NCBI RefSeq assembly: GCF_000281045.1
Contig: NW_008246219.1
Span: forward strand, 1 to 64,000
Reading direction: 5' to 3'
DNA: 64,000 nt
From: Saprolegnia diclina VS20
Lineage: Eukaryota
The position numbers were made by a program, and so were the translations under genes. Below are positions 24,094-35,653 of this stretch, one piece after another. A model generated the notes under the pieces. That model was not told where the DNA came from and ran no database searches. It was given only the letters and a program-made list of their open reading frames with translations. Position 1 is the first letter of the stretch. Each line of letters starts with the position of its first letter.

Positions 24094-25257
24094 TTACTGC
24101 GGCAGCGCTGCGTTCCACGTGGCCCACGTCTTGGTCGCAAAGTAATCCTTGCTCTTGACCATGCGCACGAGCCAGTCGCCGGCAAAGATGCCACCAAAGA
24201 TGGGGAGCTGTGCAACGCCACCGTCACGGCCAATCGGGATCAGTAGGCCTTGGGTCGACCCCGCCGCGAACGGCGCCAGTGGCGTGCCCTTTTTAATTTT
24301 CTTGACGAGGCCGGCGGCGAGGAACTTGGCTTGCTCGCCGGCAATGTACGCCATCTTGGGCGACGGATGGTTGCTCGCATCGCCGAGAGCGTAGACATTC
24401 GGGTACTTGGGGTCGTCGACTTGGAAGGCTGGTGTGACTTTGATGCCGGTGGGCGTCACCAGCGACGGATCCAGCGTCGCGACGAGCGACGTGTTGAGTG
24501 TGATACCCGCGCACACGAGCTGCACGTCGGAGATCACTTGGGTGCCGCCCGAGAGCGTGATCGTTTGGGTCGTGTACGAGTGCGCCGTGAGCCGCTCTGG
24601 CAGCCGTTCGCCAAGAATGAGCTTGACACCGCGCTGCGTGAGGCCGTCTGCAAGGCGGGAACGAAACTTGTCGGAAACCACAGCGGTTGACACGAGCTCC
24701 TTGCTGCCGTCGACAAGCGTGACTGTCTTTCCCGGGTATGTTGTCGCAATCTCGCCAGCAATTTCGCAGCCGACGGCGCCGCCACCGATAATCAAGACGC
24801 TGGACGCTGCAGCGATGCGGTCGTACGTCTCGAGGAGCGACGCCTCGATGGTCGACCGGTTGTACACGTTGTTGGCGACCTTGATCGGCGCGGGGTACGA
24901 GCTGCCCGTGGCCAGCACAAGGTGATCAAACCGAATCGACTGCGTCGTCTCGCTACGCTCGTTGTCGGCGGTGATGGAGCGCACGACCACGTCGTTGGCC
25001 GATATCGACTCGGCGACGCCACGCACAAGGGTCGCGTGGGCAGGCAGCGCCTTGTCGAGCGGCATAAAGAGCTTGGGTACAAAGCTCTTGTCCACGAATG
25101 CGCGCGGGGCGCCGATCGCATGGAACGAGAACGACTGTTGCTCAATGACGGTGACGTGCGCAACGGTCGCCGGCAAGCTTGCTGCGAGGGCCTGCGCGAG
25201 CTGGATGCCAGCGTAGCCGCCGCCAACAATGACAATCTCCTGCACCGTGGTCGTCAT
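24094..25257 (-). CDS. AIFM2/FSP1 (AMID)-like FAD/NAD(P)H oxidoreductase, copy 1 (387 aa, intronless)
   Basis: IVIVGGGYAG, LVLATGS, IIGGGAVGCEIAGEI, VYALGD, KSKDYF. Confidence 0.9.
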   Translation of the reverse strand: MTTTVQEIVIVGGGYAGIQLAQALAASLPATVAHVTVIEQQSFSFHAIGAPRAFVDKSFVPKLFMPLDKALPAHATLVRGVAESISANDVVVRSITADNERSETTQSIRFDHLVLATGSSYPAPIKVANNVYNRSTIEASLLETYDRIAAASSVLIIGGGAVGCEIAGEIATTYPGKTVTLVDGSKELVSTAVVSDKFRSRLADGLTQRGVKLILGERLPERLTAHSYTTQTITLSGGTQVISDVQLVCAGITLNTSLVATLDPSLVTPTGIKVTPAFQVDDPKYPNVYALGDASNHPSPKMAYIAGEQAKFLAAGLVKKIKKGTPLAPFAAGSTQGLLIPIGRDGGVAQLPIFGGIFAGDWLVRMVKSKDYFATKTWATWNAALPQ

Positions 25258-25270
25258 CTGAGGTCGACGT

Positions 25271-25287
25271 GGAAAATAAGAAATGAG
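25271..25287 (-). promoter_or_regulatory. Oomycete INR/FPR-like core promoter of copy 1
   Basis: Minus strand CTCATTTCTTATTTTCC, ~14-30 nt upstream of the ATG; several CCAAT/ATTGG boxes at ~25405-25505. Confidence 0.5.
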
Positions 25288-25530
25288 ATCCATACAGCGG
25301 CGACCGTGCAAGATCGCGACCAGTGGCGTTGGACCATCGCCGATGATGACCGACGCCCGTGGTCATCAACAGCAAACGTGGCAAATATGCTTACGTTATC
25401 ATCGTTGGATTGGATAAAAAGCGGCGAATGAAAACGCGCCATTGGCGAGACAAAGGAATACGCCACTTGGATTGGTCTTATTTCGAACCAATCGGTGTGG
25501 CAATGGACGATCCAAGCTGACGGATCCTTG

Positions 25531-25563
25531 ATAGACCAGCAGAAGTTGCTTCTGCTGGTCTAT
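25531..25563. repeat. Perfect 15-bp inverted repeat with 3-nt loop
   Basis: atagaccagcagaag-ttg-cttctgctggtctat. Confidence 0.9.
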
Positions 25564-26302
25564 TCGATAGGGTACAGTCAAGATCGAGCCGACGCACGCT
25601 GCCTATACCACGTTCACGCCTGCGAGGACTCCAAGAGAAGGCAAGGAAACACCCTCTGCAACTGCCTCTTTGTCGATCTGCGGCGCTGTCGGTGTTGCTC
25701 CAACCCACGAGCGCTCCAACGACTTGACGTTGTGCCACAAAATACGGTCGAGTTGTTGGTCTCGCTTGCCCTGACGTACTCGTTTTGATTTCCGGCCTTG
25801 TCAACAGTTCAAGACCCTATCTTTACCAGCAAAGCCAACGAGCTATAACAAACTAGTACTGGAGTAGAGTGCACGTGGATACCAGTACTGCATTCATCCC
25901 TCAAGAGTACCGAGGTATCCAAAGATGACGGTATTAATCAGCGTTGATGGCCATTTTGGCGGCTCGTCATCGCTTATCGCGGAACGAAGCCGGAATGGAA
26001 TTCACTGGAGCTTTGGTCCCAGGCGCGATGATCACAGTCTATAGCCATACCTGCCACTATATCTTGGGGTAGAGCGCAATAAAGAACGAGCTGCAGGTGC
26101 CATCGAGGCCAAGGGAGCTTGTGTCATGCATCTCACTTGTAGTGGCCGTTACCATTTTAGCCAATCGCATGCAAGTTGACGGCACGGTCCGCTGGGATTG
26201 GCTGTAATATAGCCAATCTCGTGTCCGCATGCGATGATCACGTATCATCGGGCTTCGGTGAAGGATTACATCATGTCACTTTAGCAAACGCGACCAACGA
26301 GG

Positions 26303-27469
26303 ATGACATCGTCCACGTCCGCCGCGCCGCGCATCGTCGTCGTTGGCGGCGGCTACGCAGGCATCCAGTTTGCGCAGTCACTTGCCTACTATGCGCCAGG
26401 CGCCAGCATCACGGTCATCGAGAAGCAGACCTTTACCTTCCACGCCAACGGCATGCCACGCGCCTTTGTCGACAAGTCGTATGTGCCCAAGCTCTTCATT
26501 CCGCTCGACAAGGCGCTGCCGTCGCATGTGACGCTCCTCCGCGGCCTCGCCGTGTCCATGACGGATGCGAGCGTGACTGTCCAGACCATCGACGTCGATG
26601 GCATCCTCGCCGCCGACACTACGGAGCTCGCCTTTGATTATTGCGTTCTTGCGACCGGCAGCAGCTACGCGGCGCCCATCAAGGTACCCGAGAACGTCTA
26701 CACGCGCGAGGCCATCGAGGCGTCGGTGCATGCGGCCATTGATGCGATTGCAGCCGCTGAGAGCATCCTCGTCATTGGTGGCGGCGCCGTCGGCTGCGAA
26801 GTCGCGGGTGAAATTGCCGTCAAGTACCCGACCAAGACCGTGACGCTAGTCGACGGCAACACCCAACTGCTTGCCAGCGCCAACGTGTCGGAGCAGTTTC
26901 GGACCAAGGTGGCCGAGGGCCTTGTCGCGCACGGTGTCAAGCTCGTACTCGGTGAGCGCCTCCCGAGCCGACGCACCGCCCACTCGTTTACGCGCGAAAC
27001 CATGACGCTCTCGGGCGGGACCGTCATCGCTTCGGACGTGCAGCTCGTGTGCGCGGGCATGACGCCCAACACGAGCCTCGTCGCCGCACAGCATCCGTCG
27101 CTCGTGACGCCCCACGGCATCAACGTCACTACCTCCATGCAGCTCGAAGGCAAGGACCACATTTTTGTCCTTGGAGATGCGAGCAACCACCTCTCGCCCA
27201 AGATGGCGTACGTGGCGATGGAGCAGGCCAAGCATTTGGGATACGGGCTCGCGCAGCACCTTCTGTACAAGACGCCGTTGGCACCATTTGCGATGAACCC
27301 GATTGGTCTCATGCTCCTGCCGATTGGACCGTACGCGGGCGTCGCGCAGTTTCCCGTGCCTTTCTACGGTGCGCTCGTGCTCGGCGACTGGGTCGTGCGC
27401 TTCATCAAGGGTGCCGACTACTTTGCGAGCCGGACGTGGGGGACGTGGAACGCTTCGGTGCCGTCCTAG
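26303..27469 (+). CDS. AIFM2/FSP1-like oxidoreductase, copy 2 (388 aa, intronless)
   Basis: IVVVGGGYAG, VLATGSSY, VIGGGAVGCEVAGEI, FVLGD; colinear with copy 1. Confidence 0.9.
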   Translation: MTSSTSAAPRIVVVGGGYAGIQFAQSLAYYAPGASITVIEKQTFTFHANGMPRAFVDKSYVPKLFIPLDKALPSHVTLLRGLAVSMTDASVTVQTIDVDGILAADTTELAFDYCVLATGSSYAAPIKVPENVYTREAIEASVHAAIDAIAAAESILVIGGGAVGCEVAGEIAVKYPTKTVTLVDGNTQLLASANVSEQFRTKVAEGLVAHGVKLVLGERLPSRRTAHSFTRETMTLSGGTVIASDVQLVCAGMTPNTSLVAAQHPSLVTPHGINVTTSMQLEGKDHIFVLGDASNHLSPKMAYVAMEQAKHLGYGLAQHLLYKTPLAPFAMNPIGLMLLPIGPYAGVAQFPVPFYGALVLGDWVVRFIKGADYFASRTWGTWNASVPS

Positions 27470-27839
27470 GCGCTCTGACATGGAAGTTGGTGTATATAAC
27501 CAGAATACAATCGCTTTTGAAATATGAGCAGATACTAAAACATTTCCGATTCACATCTCGGCGGTCGACGAGGTGTGGCGACGACCGTCGCTTCGGACGA
27601 CTCTACCAACGAGACGGTACGAACAGTGGATGTCATTTGAGTGAACCCTTGTCGACCCCGCTGTAGAGTCTTCCAAGCCTGATCGGGCAGGCTATTTGCA
27701 ACTGTTGGCGAAAATATCTCGACTATCAGAACTATCGCAGCCTCCGTTTTCATGGAAAATTGACACGACAAATGGATTGAGAGTTATGTATTACCTTGCA
27801 TCCAACAAGAAAAAGCGGCCCATTAACGGCCGCGACGAC

Positions 27840-28994
27840 TCAAGGCGCCAACGTCGCCTTCCACTTGCCCCACGACATGCTCGCAAAGTAATCTTTGCCT
27901 TTGGTGGTGCGCACGAGCCAGTCGCCGACGACGACGCCGCCAAACATGGGCAGCTGCCCAACGCCGCCGCCCGGACCCGTTGGCACAAGCATGGCCGTGA
28001 TCTCACTTGTCTTGAACGGAGGCACGGGCGTGCCTTTCTGAATGGTCTTGGCCAGCTTCTTGGCGAGAAACGCTGCTTGCTCGCCTGCAGTCATGGCCAG
28101 CTTGGGCGACGGGTGGTTGCTCGCGTCGCCAAGGACATAGACATGATGCAGTGACGAGTCGTCGACTTGGAGATTGCTCTTGACACGGATACCTTGCGGC
28201 GTTGCGAGCGATGGGCGAAAGGCGGCCATGAGCTGCGTGTTGGGCGTCATGCCCGACGTCACCAGCTGCACGTCGGCCGTGAGGGTCTTGCCACTCGCAA
28301 AGGTCAGCGACTGACGCTCGAACGAGCTCGCACTCGGACGCTGCGCGAGGCGTTCGTTGAGCAAGAGGCGGACACCACGCGCTTCCAAGCTCGCGACGAG
28401 CCGCGCGCGAAACTTGGCCGAGACACCGGCGTGCGCCATGAGCTCGCGGTTACCGTCGACAAGCGTCACCGTCTTGGTCGGGTACGCACTCGCAATTTCG
28501 CCGGCAATCTCGCACCCGACAGCGCCGCCACCGATGAGGACGACGCTGGACGCAGCGGCAATGCGGTCAATGCTCTCGTGCAGCGCGGCTTGGATGGTCG
28601 CGCGGTTGACAACGTCGCCTGGCACTTTGATCGGACCCGGGTAGCTGCTGCCCGTTGCCAACACGAGGTAGTCGAAGCGAAGGGTCGTCGTCGACTCGGC
28701 GAGTGCGCCATCGACGATCGCACGTACGGTCACCTCGTGGTCGGTGATGCGCTCGGCCGCGCCGCGCAAAAGCGTCACACTGGGCGGAAGCGCCTTGTCG
28801 AGCGGGATAAAGAGTTTGGGGACGTACGCCTTGTCAACAAGGGCGCGGGGAATCCCGACAGCGTGAAACGTAAAGCTTTGCTTCTCGATCACGGTGATCT
28901 TGACGGTCGACGAGAGCTTGGCCGCGAGCGCTTGGGCAAACTGGATGCCGGCAGGACCGCCACCGATGACGACAACGTGTTGTTGCTGGACCAT
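27840..28994 (-). CDS. AIFM2/FSP1-like oxidoreductase, copy 3 (384 aa, intronless)
   Basis: VVVIGGGPAG, LVLATGSSY, LIGGGAVGCEIAGEI, VYVLGD. Confidence 0.9.
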   Translation of the reverse strand: MVQQQHVVVIGGGPAGIQFAQALAAKLSSTVKITVIEKQSFTFHAVGIPRALVDKAYVPKLFIPLDKALPPSVTLLRGAAERITDHEVTVRAIVDGALAESTTTLRFDYLVLATGSSYPGPIKVPGDVVNRATIQAALHESIDRIAAASSVVLIGGGAVGCEIAGEIASAYPTKTVTLVDGNRELMAHAGVSAKFRARLVASLEARGVRLLLNERLAQRPSASSFERQSLTFASGKTLTADVQLVTSGMTPNTQLMAAFRPSLATPQGIRVKSNLQVDDSSLHHVYVLGDASNHPSPKLAMTAGEQAAFLAKKLAKTIQKGTPVPPFKTSEITAMLVPTGPGGGVGQLPMFGGVVVGDWLVRTTKGKDYFASMSWGKWKATLAP

Positions 28995-29192
28995 GTTGGG
29001 AGTGTTGAGTAGATGCAAGATTTGGAAATGAATTTAGGGGGTGACGACGAGATGCTTGGCGCCATTTTAGGAGGGGCAGGATCTCGCGACTGATGATGGG
29101 CATGCGGCGTGGCCATGGTGCTGTTGTTGTTGATGGCGCGATGGCCATCATCGACGCATGATTGGCTACATTCCAACGAATCAGAGACGATG

Positions 29193-29292
29193 NNNNNNNN
29201 NNNNNNNNNNNNNNNNNNNNNNNNNNNNNNNNNNNNNNNNNNNNNNNNNNNNNNNNNNNNNNNNNNNNNNNNNNNNNNNNNNNNNNNNNNNN
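29193..29292. other. Assembly gap (100 N) with overlapping flanks
   Basis: About 85 nt before the gap is repeated immediately after it; single copy in the right arm. Confidence 0.95.
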
Positions 29293-29803
29293 GCGTGGCC
29301 ATGGTGCTGTTGTTGTTGATGGCGCGATGGCCATCATCGACGCATGATTGGCTACATTCCAACGAATCAGAGACGATGTATAGGATTGGGCTCCGTGGAT
29401 TGGCTGAAATGCAGGATTTGCCGTTACACTCTCATTCGAGTGACTTCGCACACGCAGAACTCGGCATGGCCTCTGGCAGGTACGACATCGGGGAAGCAAC
29501 TTCGGTGGCACATGTGCATGGAGAGTATGTACCCTGAAGGTCGACCAGTTTTCTCTGTTGGAGTACCACACCTCTAAATGCAGAGGTGCAAGCGGAATAC
29601 ACGTAGTCATTGCTCACAGCGTAGCACCGAGTGTGTAGAGATTCGCTACCCTGGTGTGCTCTGCCAATTTGATGTTTTGTTTGGTTTTGTGGCGTTGGCA
29701 TCGCAAGGAACATCGCGTGCGTCATCTTTAGGATTGGTCGCACACCATCAGTTGAGTGAATTTGGCGCCGAAACGCCAACCCCAAAAGTTCCGACTCTTC
29801 AAA

Positions 29804-32800
29804 ATGTACCCTGTGCTGCCTCTTCAGCCGGGCCCACCCTCCGACGGATGGAGACGCTCGCGCCGAGCCACTTGCATCGCGGTCCTTGGGCTACTCTACC
29901 TCTGGTTCGCCATGGCCGTCGGGGCTTACTACCTCGTGCCGCTTTCGTACACCTTTGGGAACGACCTGTGGCCAGGCTACAACTCGAGTGGGTACGAGCT
30001 CTTTCTTGTCGACGCCATCAACAGCATTTTGGAGCAGCCACATGTGGACAATATCATCAATCTCTCCGCTGTCAGGATTGCAAAATCCTATGCACCGTCA
30101 ACAACGAGTCACTTGCCCGAGCCGCACCCGACGCTTGCACGAGCCTTGCTTCTCACAAAGCTCACGTCCATCGAGTACGCTATCGCAAATGTCCGCAACA
30201 TGTCAGCGGATCAAACGCTAATGCTGCCGACGCATTTTTGCTACGTCGACTTTGGCCGGCGCTGGGAGCTCGCACACTCGGACGTGCGCCAAGCTCGGTG
30301 CGAAGCCCGGTACCGCACGAACGGCGCCGTCGATTTGGATGCCATTTTGCGCAACCAAAACTGGACAAGTCTCATGGGCGTCGACGGCGACAACTTGCAG
30401 ATGGCTGTTTTGGACGCAATCACCGCGTCAGGCGATGCAGGTCACGCGTGGCTTAATGCGACGACCCACTGCGCGTCGTCTCTCCAAGACGAAGCCGCGT
30501 ATTGGCGATCGTTTGAGTTGACGCACTTTACACTACAGTGGCAAAACAATGCGTTCACCGGCCTCCAGTCGACGCTGACGGTTCTGAATCCATTCAACCT
30601 CGCGTCGACACTCGAGTTGCACCGCTCGACGTACGTGCGGGGGCCGTGGACGTCGAGCATCTTCAATGTCTTCTTCATGAACGAAATCTACTTTATGGCC
30701 GCGTGCGGCCAAAGCCTTGTGCGGGACGCGACCAACTACTTTCGGAATGCACAATGCATCTATTCGGCAACACCCGAATTCGAAGGCTTCCTTGGGCTCA
30801 GCGACAGCAATGGCCAGTTCGTTCACCAAACGGGCCTTGTGCGCGATACAGTTGGGCCGTTCTTGTCGGTGGATCTGTTTGTCGTGGCGCCACCACCCGC
30901 GCTAGTCACTGCGATTACCGCCTTTGAACAGCGCCTCTACCTGATGCTTGAAGCCAACCGCAGTGCTGCAAGTGCTTACCAGCAACAGCTCTCTCCTCTC
31001 TCGGTTCCACCGGTGCCAACGTGGTGGCAAAATGGCTCGTTCCTCTTGTACGGTGGCAACCCCATGTGTCTCTATAACGCGGCAACGTCGTTTTCGCAGC
31101 CGTTCTTTGCTTTTGGGGACGCATGCAACAAACAGAAGCGTGCTGCGATGGTGGTATCGCCGGCTGCTTTGGTGTTTGCCATGAGCATGAGTGCGGCATT
31201 GGTCCAAGACCTTTGTGCACCCATCACAGATGCTGCTTGTGTGCATCGCGTCTCAGTGGCCCGCGACCTTGCAATGACCTTGAGATGGGGGACGGCATCG
31301 ACTATGGCGTCGTTGGCGTCCACAGTGAACGCGAGTCACGTGCAGCTCATGCAGTTTGCTTCGAATCACCAAGGCACCGAGTGGACGCTTCTCACCGCGC
31401 CGATCCTCTTTGATCCGGTCTTCGGTTGGGCAGCTGTCTACGACTGGGCGACCGGGCAACGTGAAGTTGTCTCGTTTGAAGGAGACAACGGCACACTTGT
31501 CCTACTCTCCGACGCGTATACCGATGCAGGAGATGTGGACTTGAACACGGCGCCGTTGGGCCAAGCCTCAGCGATCCTCATCTACACTCTGCTCTACTCG
31601 TCGCTCGTTCTTTCAGCAACAGCTCTTCTGTGTTCTTGGCTCGGCCTTCGGCTGCGACTGGCATTTGCGGGCCAAAGTCTATTTGTCTTCCATCGCGTTG
31701 TCGGGTCGACCTGGCTCGGGCGACCGTTGATGCTGCTTCGCGGATGCTCGGCGGCGATGCTTCTCAGCACCTCGTCCGTCACACTCTCGCATACGAACGG
31801 TATTTCTGCTCTACAAACGGGCCACTGGCCTATGTTTGAGACGCTCGTACTTGCGGGCGAGGCGACATGGATAACGTATGCACTGAGTGAGGTCCTACTC
31901 GTTTTGCAACCCAACGGCTGGAATCTCGACGCTGCGTTGATTTGGGTTAGCTACGTCATCCTCGATACGATACGATAGCACCGGTCGATGTCGTGATGGA
32001 CCTGCAAATGTCGTGTTTTAGCACCGACTATATTTACACTCTGACGTGCTCGCATGGCTCCATCACGATCGGCAGCACCCGCCGTGTCGTGCTGCTGCTT
32101 GCCATCCAAACGATCGGTCTCTTCATCGCATTGACCACTCGGCTGTGGCACCGACAAACCGCACGTCGCTCGGACAGCGTGCTTCTCTCTGGTGCCGCTA
32201 GTGTTCTCTTGACGGCGGACCTCGACGACGTTAGCTCTCTTCTCTCTGGCCGTGTTCCACTGCGATACGGCCGCATCTTATTTGACGTCAAGCTCTGGGT
32301 CATCGTGCGAGTGGCACCACCGCACCTGCGGGTGCTCCCGCGCCTTGCGCTGCACGGTCCGTCGCCCTCTCGGTATACTCGCTACGTTGCGTTGGCTGGG
32401 TTCCTCTACGTCGCCGCGGACGTCTGGAGCAGCTACTCGTGTCTGAGTGTCGTGCAACGCGCGCTCGTGAACGACCTTGTCTGGCCCGGCTTCAAGCTCA
32501 CCCATACGCATGTGTTTCTCTCAACGTACCTCTGGCGTTAGCCGTCGCTCAGTGTGACGTCGGGTCCGTTGACACTCGAAGCGCCATCGTTGAGTGCGTT
32601 GGCTCCCGCCGGTGAGCCCATCACAAGCTCTCCGTCTCATTTTGGTGCTCAGATGCAGTACACGACGCTGACATCGCTTGGGACAGCCGTAGATGCGCTT
32701 CGGCGTCTCAACCCATGTCTCGCACCGTGGGTCTTTACCGCTTACTGCTATCTCGATTTCGGCGGCGTCTACGAGATGGCGGCATCGACAGCACGTCAAG

Positions 32801-35049
32801 CGCGCTGCCACACGCATTTGCGGTCCAACGCCGCCGTCTACATGGCGTCGCTCTTGCGCAACGTTGCTTGGACGCAGTGGGACGCATGCTGGGGCGATGC
32901 CTTTCATAGCGCATTTGGTGCCTTTCTGCAGCAGTCGTCGGCGGGCCATTCGCTGCTAGCTTCGTTTCGCGCGCCGCGAGGTTCGATCGCAGACGAAGTC
33001 GACCTCTGGCGCCGTCATGGGCTGGACATATATGCATTGCAGTGGCAAAATTTCAAGAGCATTGGCCTTACCAACACATATAGTGTTGAGAACGCACTTG
33101 GGGTCGCGTACCCGTTCACGCTTCAGCACTCGAACGGACAGTTCCGTCTCGAGTCGCAAACCACGTTCAAGTTTTACTGGTCGCTGGCCAACGATTTCTA
33201 CTCGGCTATGGCAACCAACACCTCCCAGAGCTTGTTGCGGGCATCGCCCACCTTTCGTTATGCCAATCAGTCTCTCGAAGACGTCTACTTGAAGAATGGC
33301 ACGTTCTTGCAGTCGCCACTCGATGCTGGTTTCACCGCGGTTCGCGCTTTTCTTGGGCCATTTGGAACGATCGACACAAAGTACGTGCCGGTGCCCCGTA
33401 CCGTGCGACTCGCAGCACGGGACGTATGGACCGCGGTCGCCGCGCATCGAGCCTCGTCCCGATCGAATCAAGAAGCGTATGCTGCGATCAATGTGTCCTT
33501 TCTCACTTCCATGGTACCAGTATCCTGGCTCGACTTGGGGTTCTACTCGGGCGGGGGCTCGCTTCTTTGCCCTGCGTCGTCGTTGCAAAGTTCAAGTCCC
33601 ATTTCCGTCGGGTTGCAGCGTCTCTTTTTGTTTGAAAGAACGTGTTCGGGAGGCTCGTTGGCGGCCATGTACGTACAAATACCCAAGCAAGTGGTTTTTG
33701 CGTCGCTTTTTGCGGGGTTGTCGCCGACGACCAACCTCACGTCGCTCTACCGTCAAGTGCCGGGCGCCGACGTCGACTGCGAAGCCATGCTGCGTACCAC
33801 TCTTGCGGGGACGGCAACGCTGGATCGCAATGCGACGCAGATGGCTACTGTGCATGCGACGCTATTAGGTCTCAACATTGCGCTTATGCAGTACGGTATG
33901 GACTCGGCGGCGTTGGCACCCATGACCTTGTACACATCGCCGCTGCTCGACGATGAATTCCGGTTTTTTGGGTACGCGCTGATTCACGACTGGATCTGTG
34001 ATTGGCGTGACGTTGTCTCGTTCACTGGTGACACTGGCACCCTCACACTTCTCTCCGACTTGGTTCTTCGAACGGTAGAGCCTGTCCAAAGCGCCGAGCT
34101 TTGCAGCGCGTACGCGCTCTACGCGTTTGCTGTCGTCCAGTACGTCACGCTAGCGATCGCGTCGCTCGCGGGACTCACTGGTATCTACATTCTGGCCAGT
34201 CGTGGCCACATCGAGGGCACGCTCAAACTCAGCCGCGTCGGCGGCATTGTCTGGGTCGGTCGTCCGCTCTTGCTCGTGCGCAGCTTCACGGCACTCTGCC
34301 TCCTCTCGACGGCCACTCTCTCGCTCGAGACCACTGGTTTTTTAACATACTTCAAGTCCGAAGTGCCACCCACCTTGTCGACGTGCTTGGCGGCGAGCGA
34401 GGTCACATGGCTGGCGGGCATCGTCAACGACATCGGACTGCCTCTCACGCAAGAGCACTCGGCCCGCTACGTGACGCTCCACAGTGTGCTTGTCTTGGCG
34501 ATCGCAGCGTCGGTTAGCTCGCTTCAACCTGTGGCCGATACGGCCGAGATGGATCTGCAATGTTCCTCGCCGGCATTGGACTATCAAGTGACGTGTTCGA
34601 CCGCCAGAATCGCGATTGGGCTCTACGATCGACTCTTGTTTATTCTTGGGACAGTATTTGTCTCCAACGCACTCGCCTTTGGACTTGTTCGAGTCTTTTG
34701 GCCCGTAAAAACCAACGACGCGCGGCGCAGCAAGTCGTTTATGCTAACGGCAGGCGCCAAATTTCTCTTCAAGCACGACGAGTGGTTCTATCACGATGTC
34801 TACTACATGGACAGAGCCTCCGCGCTTCTCAATGGGCTTGTAACGTTAACTGTGCGCAGTCAGCTCTTACTTTTTGATGTGAAAACGTGGCGCCTCTATG
34901 CGGTGCGCCTCGAGGCCAATGATGTTCCTACCCGACTGGCGTCAGGCGTGCCGCTCCACGACCCGTCGACCGCGAGCGTCCGAGCGATTGCCGACTGCCA
35001 TGCAAAGCATGCGCAAGGGATTGGCCATCTCCGACCGCTCTACCCATGA
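29804..35049 (+). pseudogene. Large intronless, internally duplicated multi-pass membrane protein of an expanded Saprolegniales-type family; disrupted as assembled
   Basis: Two homologous halves (NDLWPG/NDLVWPG, CYVDF/CYLDF, RQARC, LQWQN, WLGRPL/WVGRPL, FDVKLW/FDVKTW). Frameshift at (CGATA)3 31963-31977 and in-frame TAG at 32539-32541. Confidence 0.75.
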
Positions 35050-35616
35050 CCCTCTATCGAGCCTGAAACCAAACACAGCAAAGGCTGGAGATCTCGGTGT
35101 CAAACTCTAAACGAGGAACATTCCTACTCGATTCAGCATTGTAGCAGTGTCTCGACAATACTAGCTAACGTTAACTGCAAATTTCTGCATGCCCCTGCAC
35201 TAGTAAATAGTTTTGGTGAAATGTGCACACTCGACCATCAACAAAATATACTACTATTTCAACAAAATCCCAAATATCCAAGCCCCATTCGTTGAACTTC
35301 GTAGACTTGTATACTTGAAGATATGCGCAGATTTTGTAGTCCTCCATGTGCGTGTGGCGCAGAAGTTGCTTCCCCGACGTCCCACCTGCCAGAGACCATG
35401 CCGAGTTGTGTCTCGCGCGCTGCATTTCAGCCAATCCACGGAGCCAGATCCTATTCATCGTCTCTGATTCGTTGGAATGTAGCCAATCATGCGTCGATGA
35501 TGGCCATCGCGCCATCAACAACAACAGCACCATGGCCACGCCGCATGCCCATCATCAGTCGCGAGATCCTGCCCCTCCTAAAATGGCGCCAAGCATCTCG
35601 TCGTCACCCCCTAAAT

Positions 35617-35632
35617 TCATTTCCAAATCTTG
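35617..35632 (+). promoter_or_regulatory. INR/FPR-like core promoter of copy 4 (mirrored upstream of copy 3)
   Basis: TCATTTCCAAATCTTG ~22-37 nt before the ATG; AGCCAATC boxes at ~35429 and ~35481. Confidence 0.5.
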
Positions 35633-35653
35633 CATCTACTCAACACTCCCAAC

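Larger units (their letters stand above)
27816..29523 (-). repeat. Left arm of a large inverted duplication (oxidoreductase gene plus promoter)
   Basis: Reverse complement of 35342-36832. Near-identical over the CDS and proximal promoter; similarity weakens near 29415-29523. Confidence 0.9.

Noticed and set aside
29107..29377. ~85-nt direct repeat on either side of the 100-N gap
   Set aside because: Exactly 100 N suggests a placeholder gap, and the homologous right arm has one copy; most likely unmerged overlapping contig ends.
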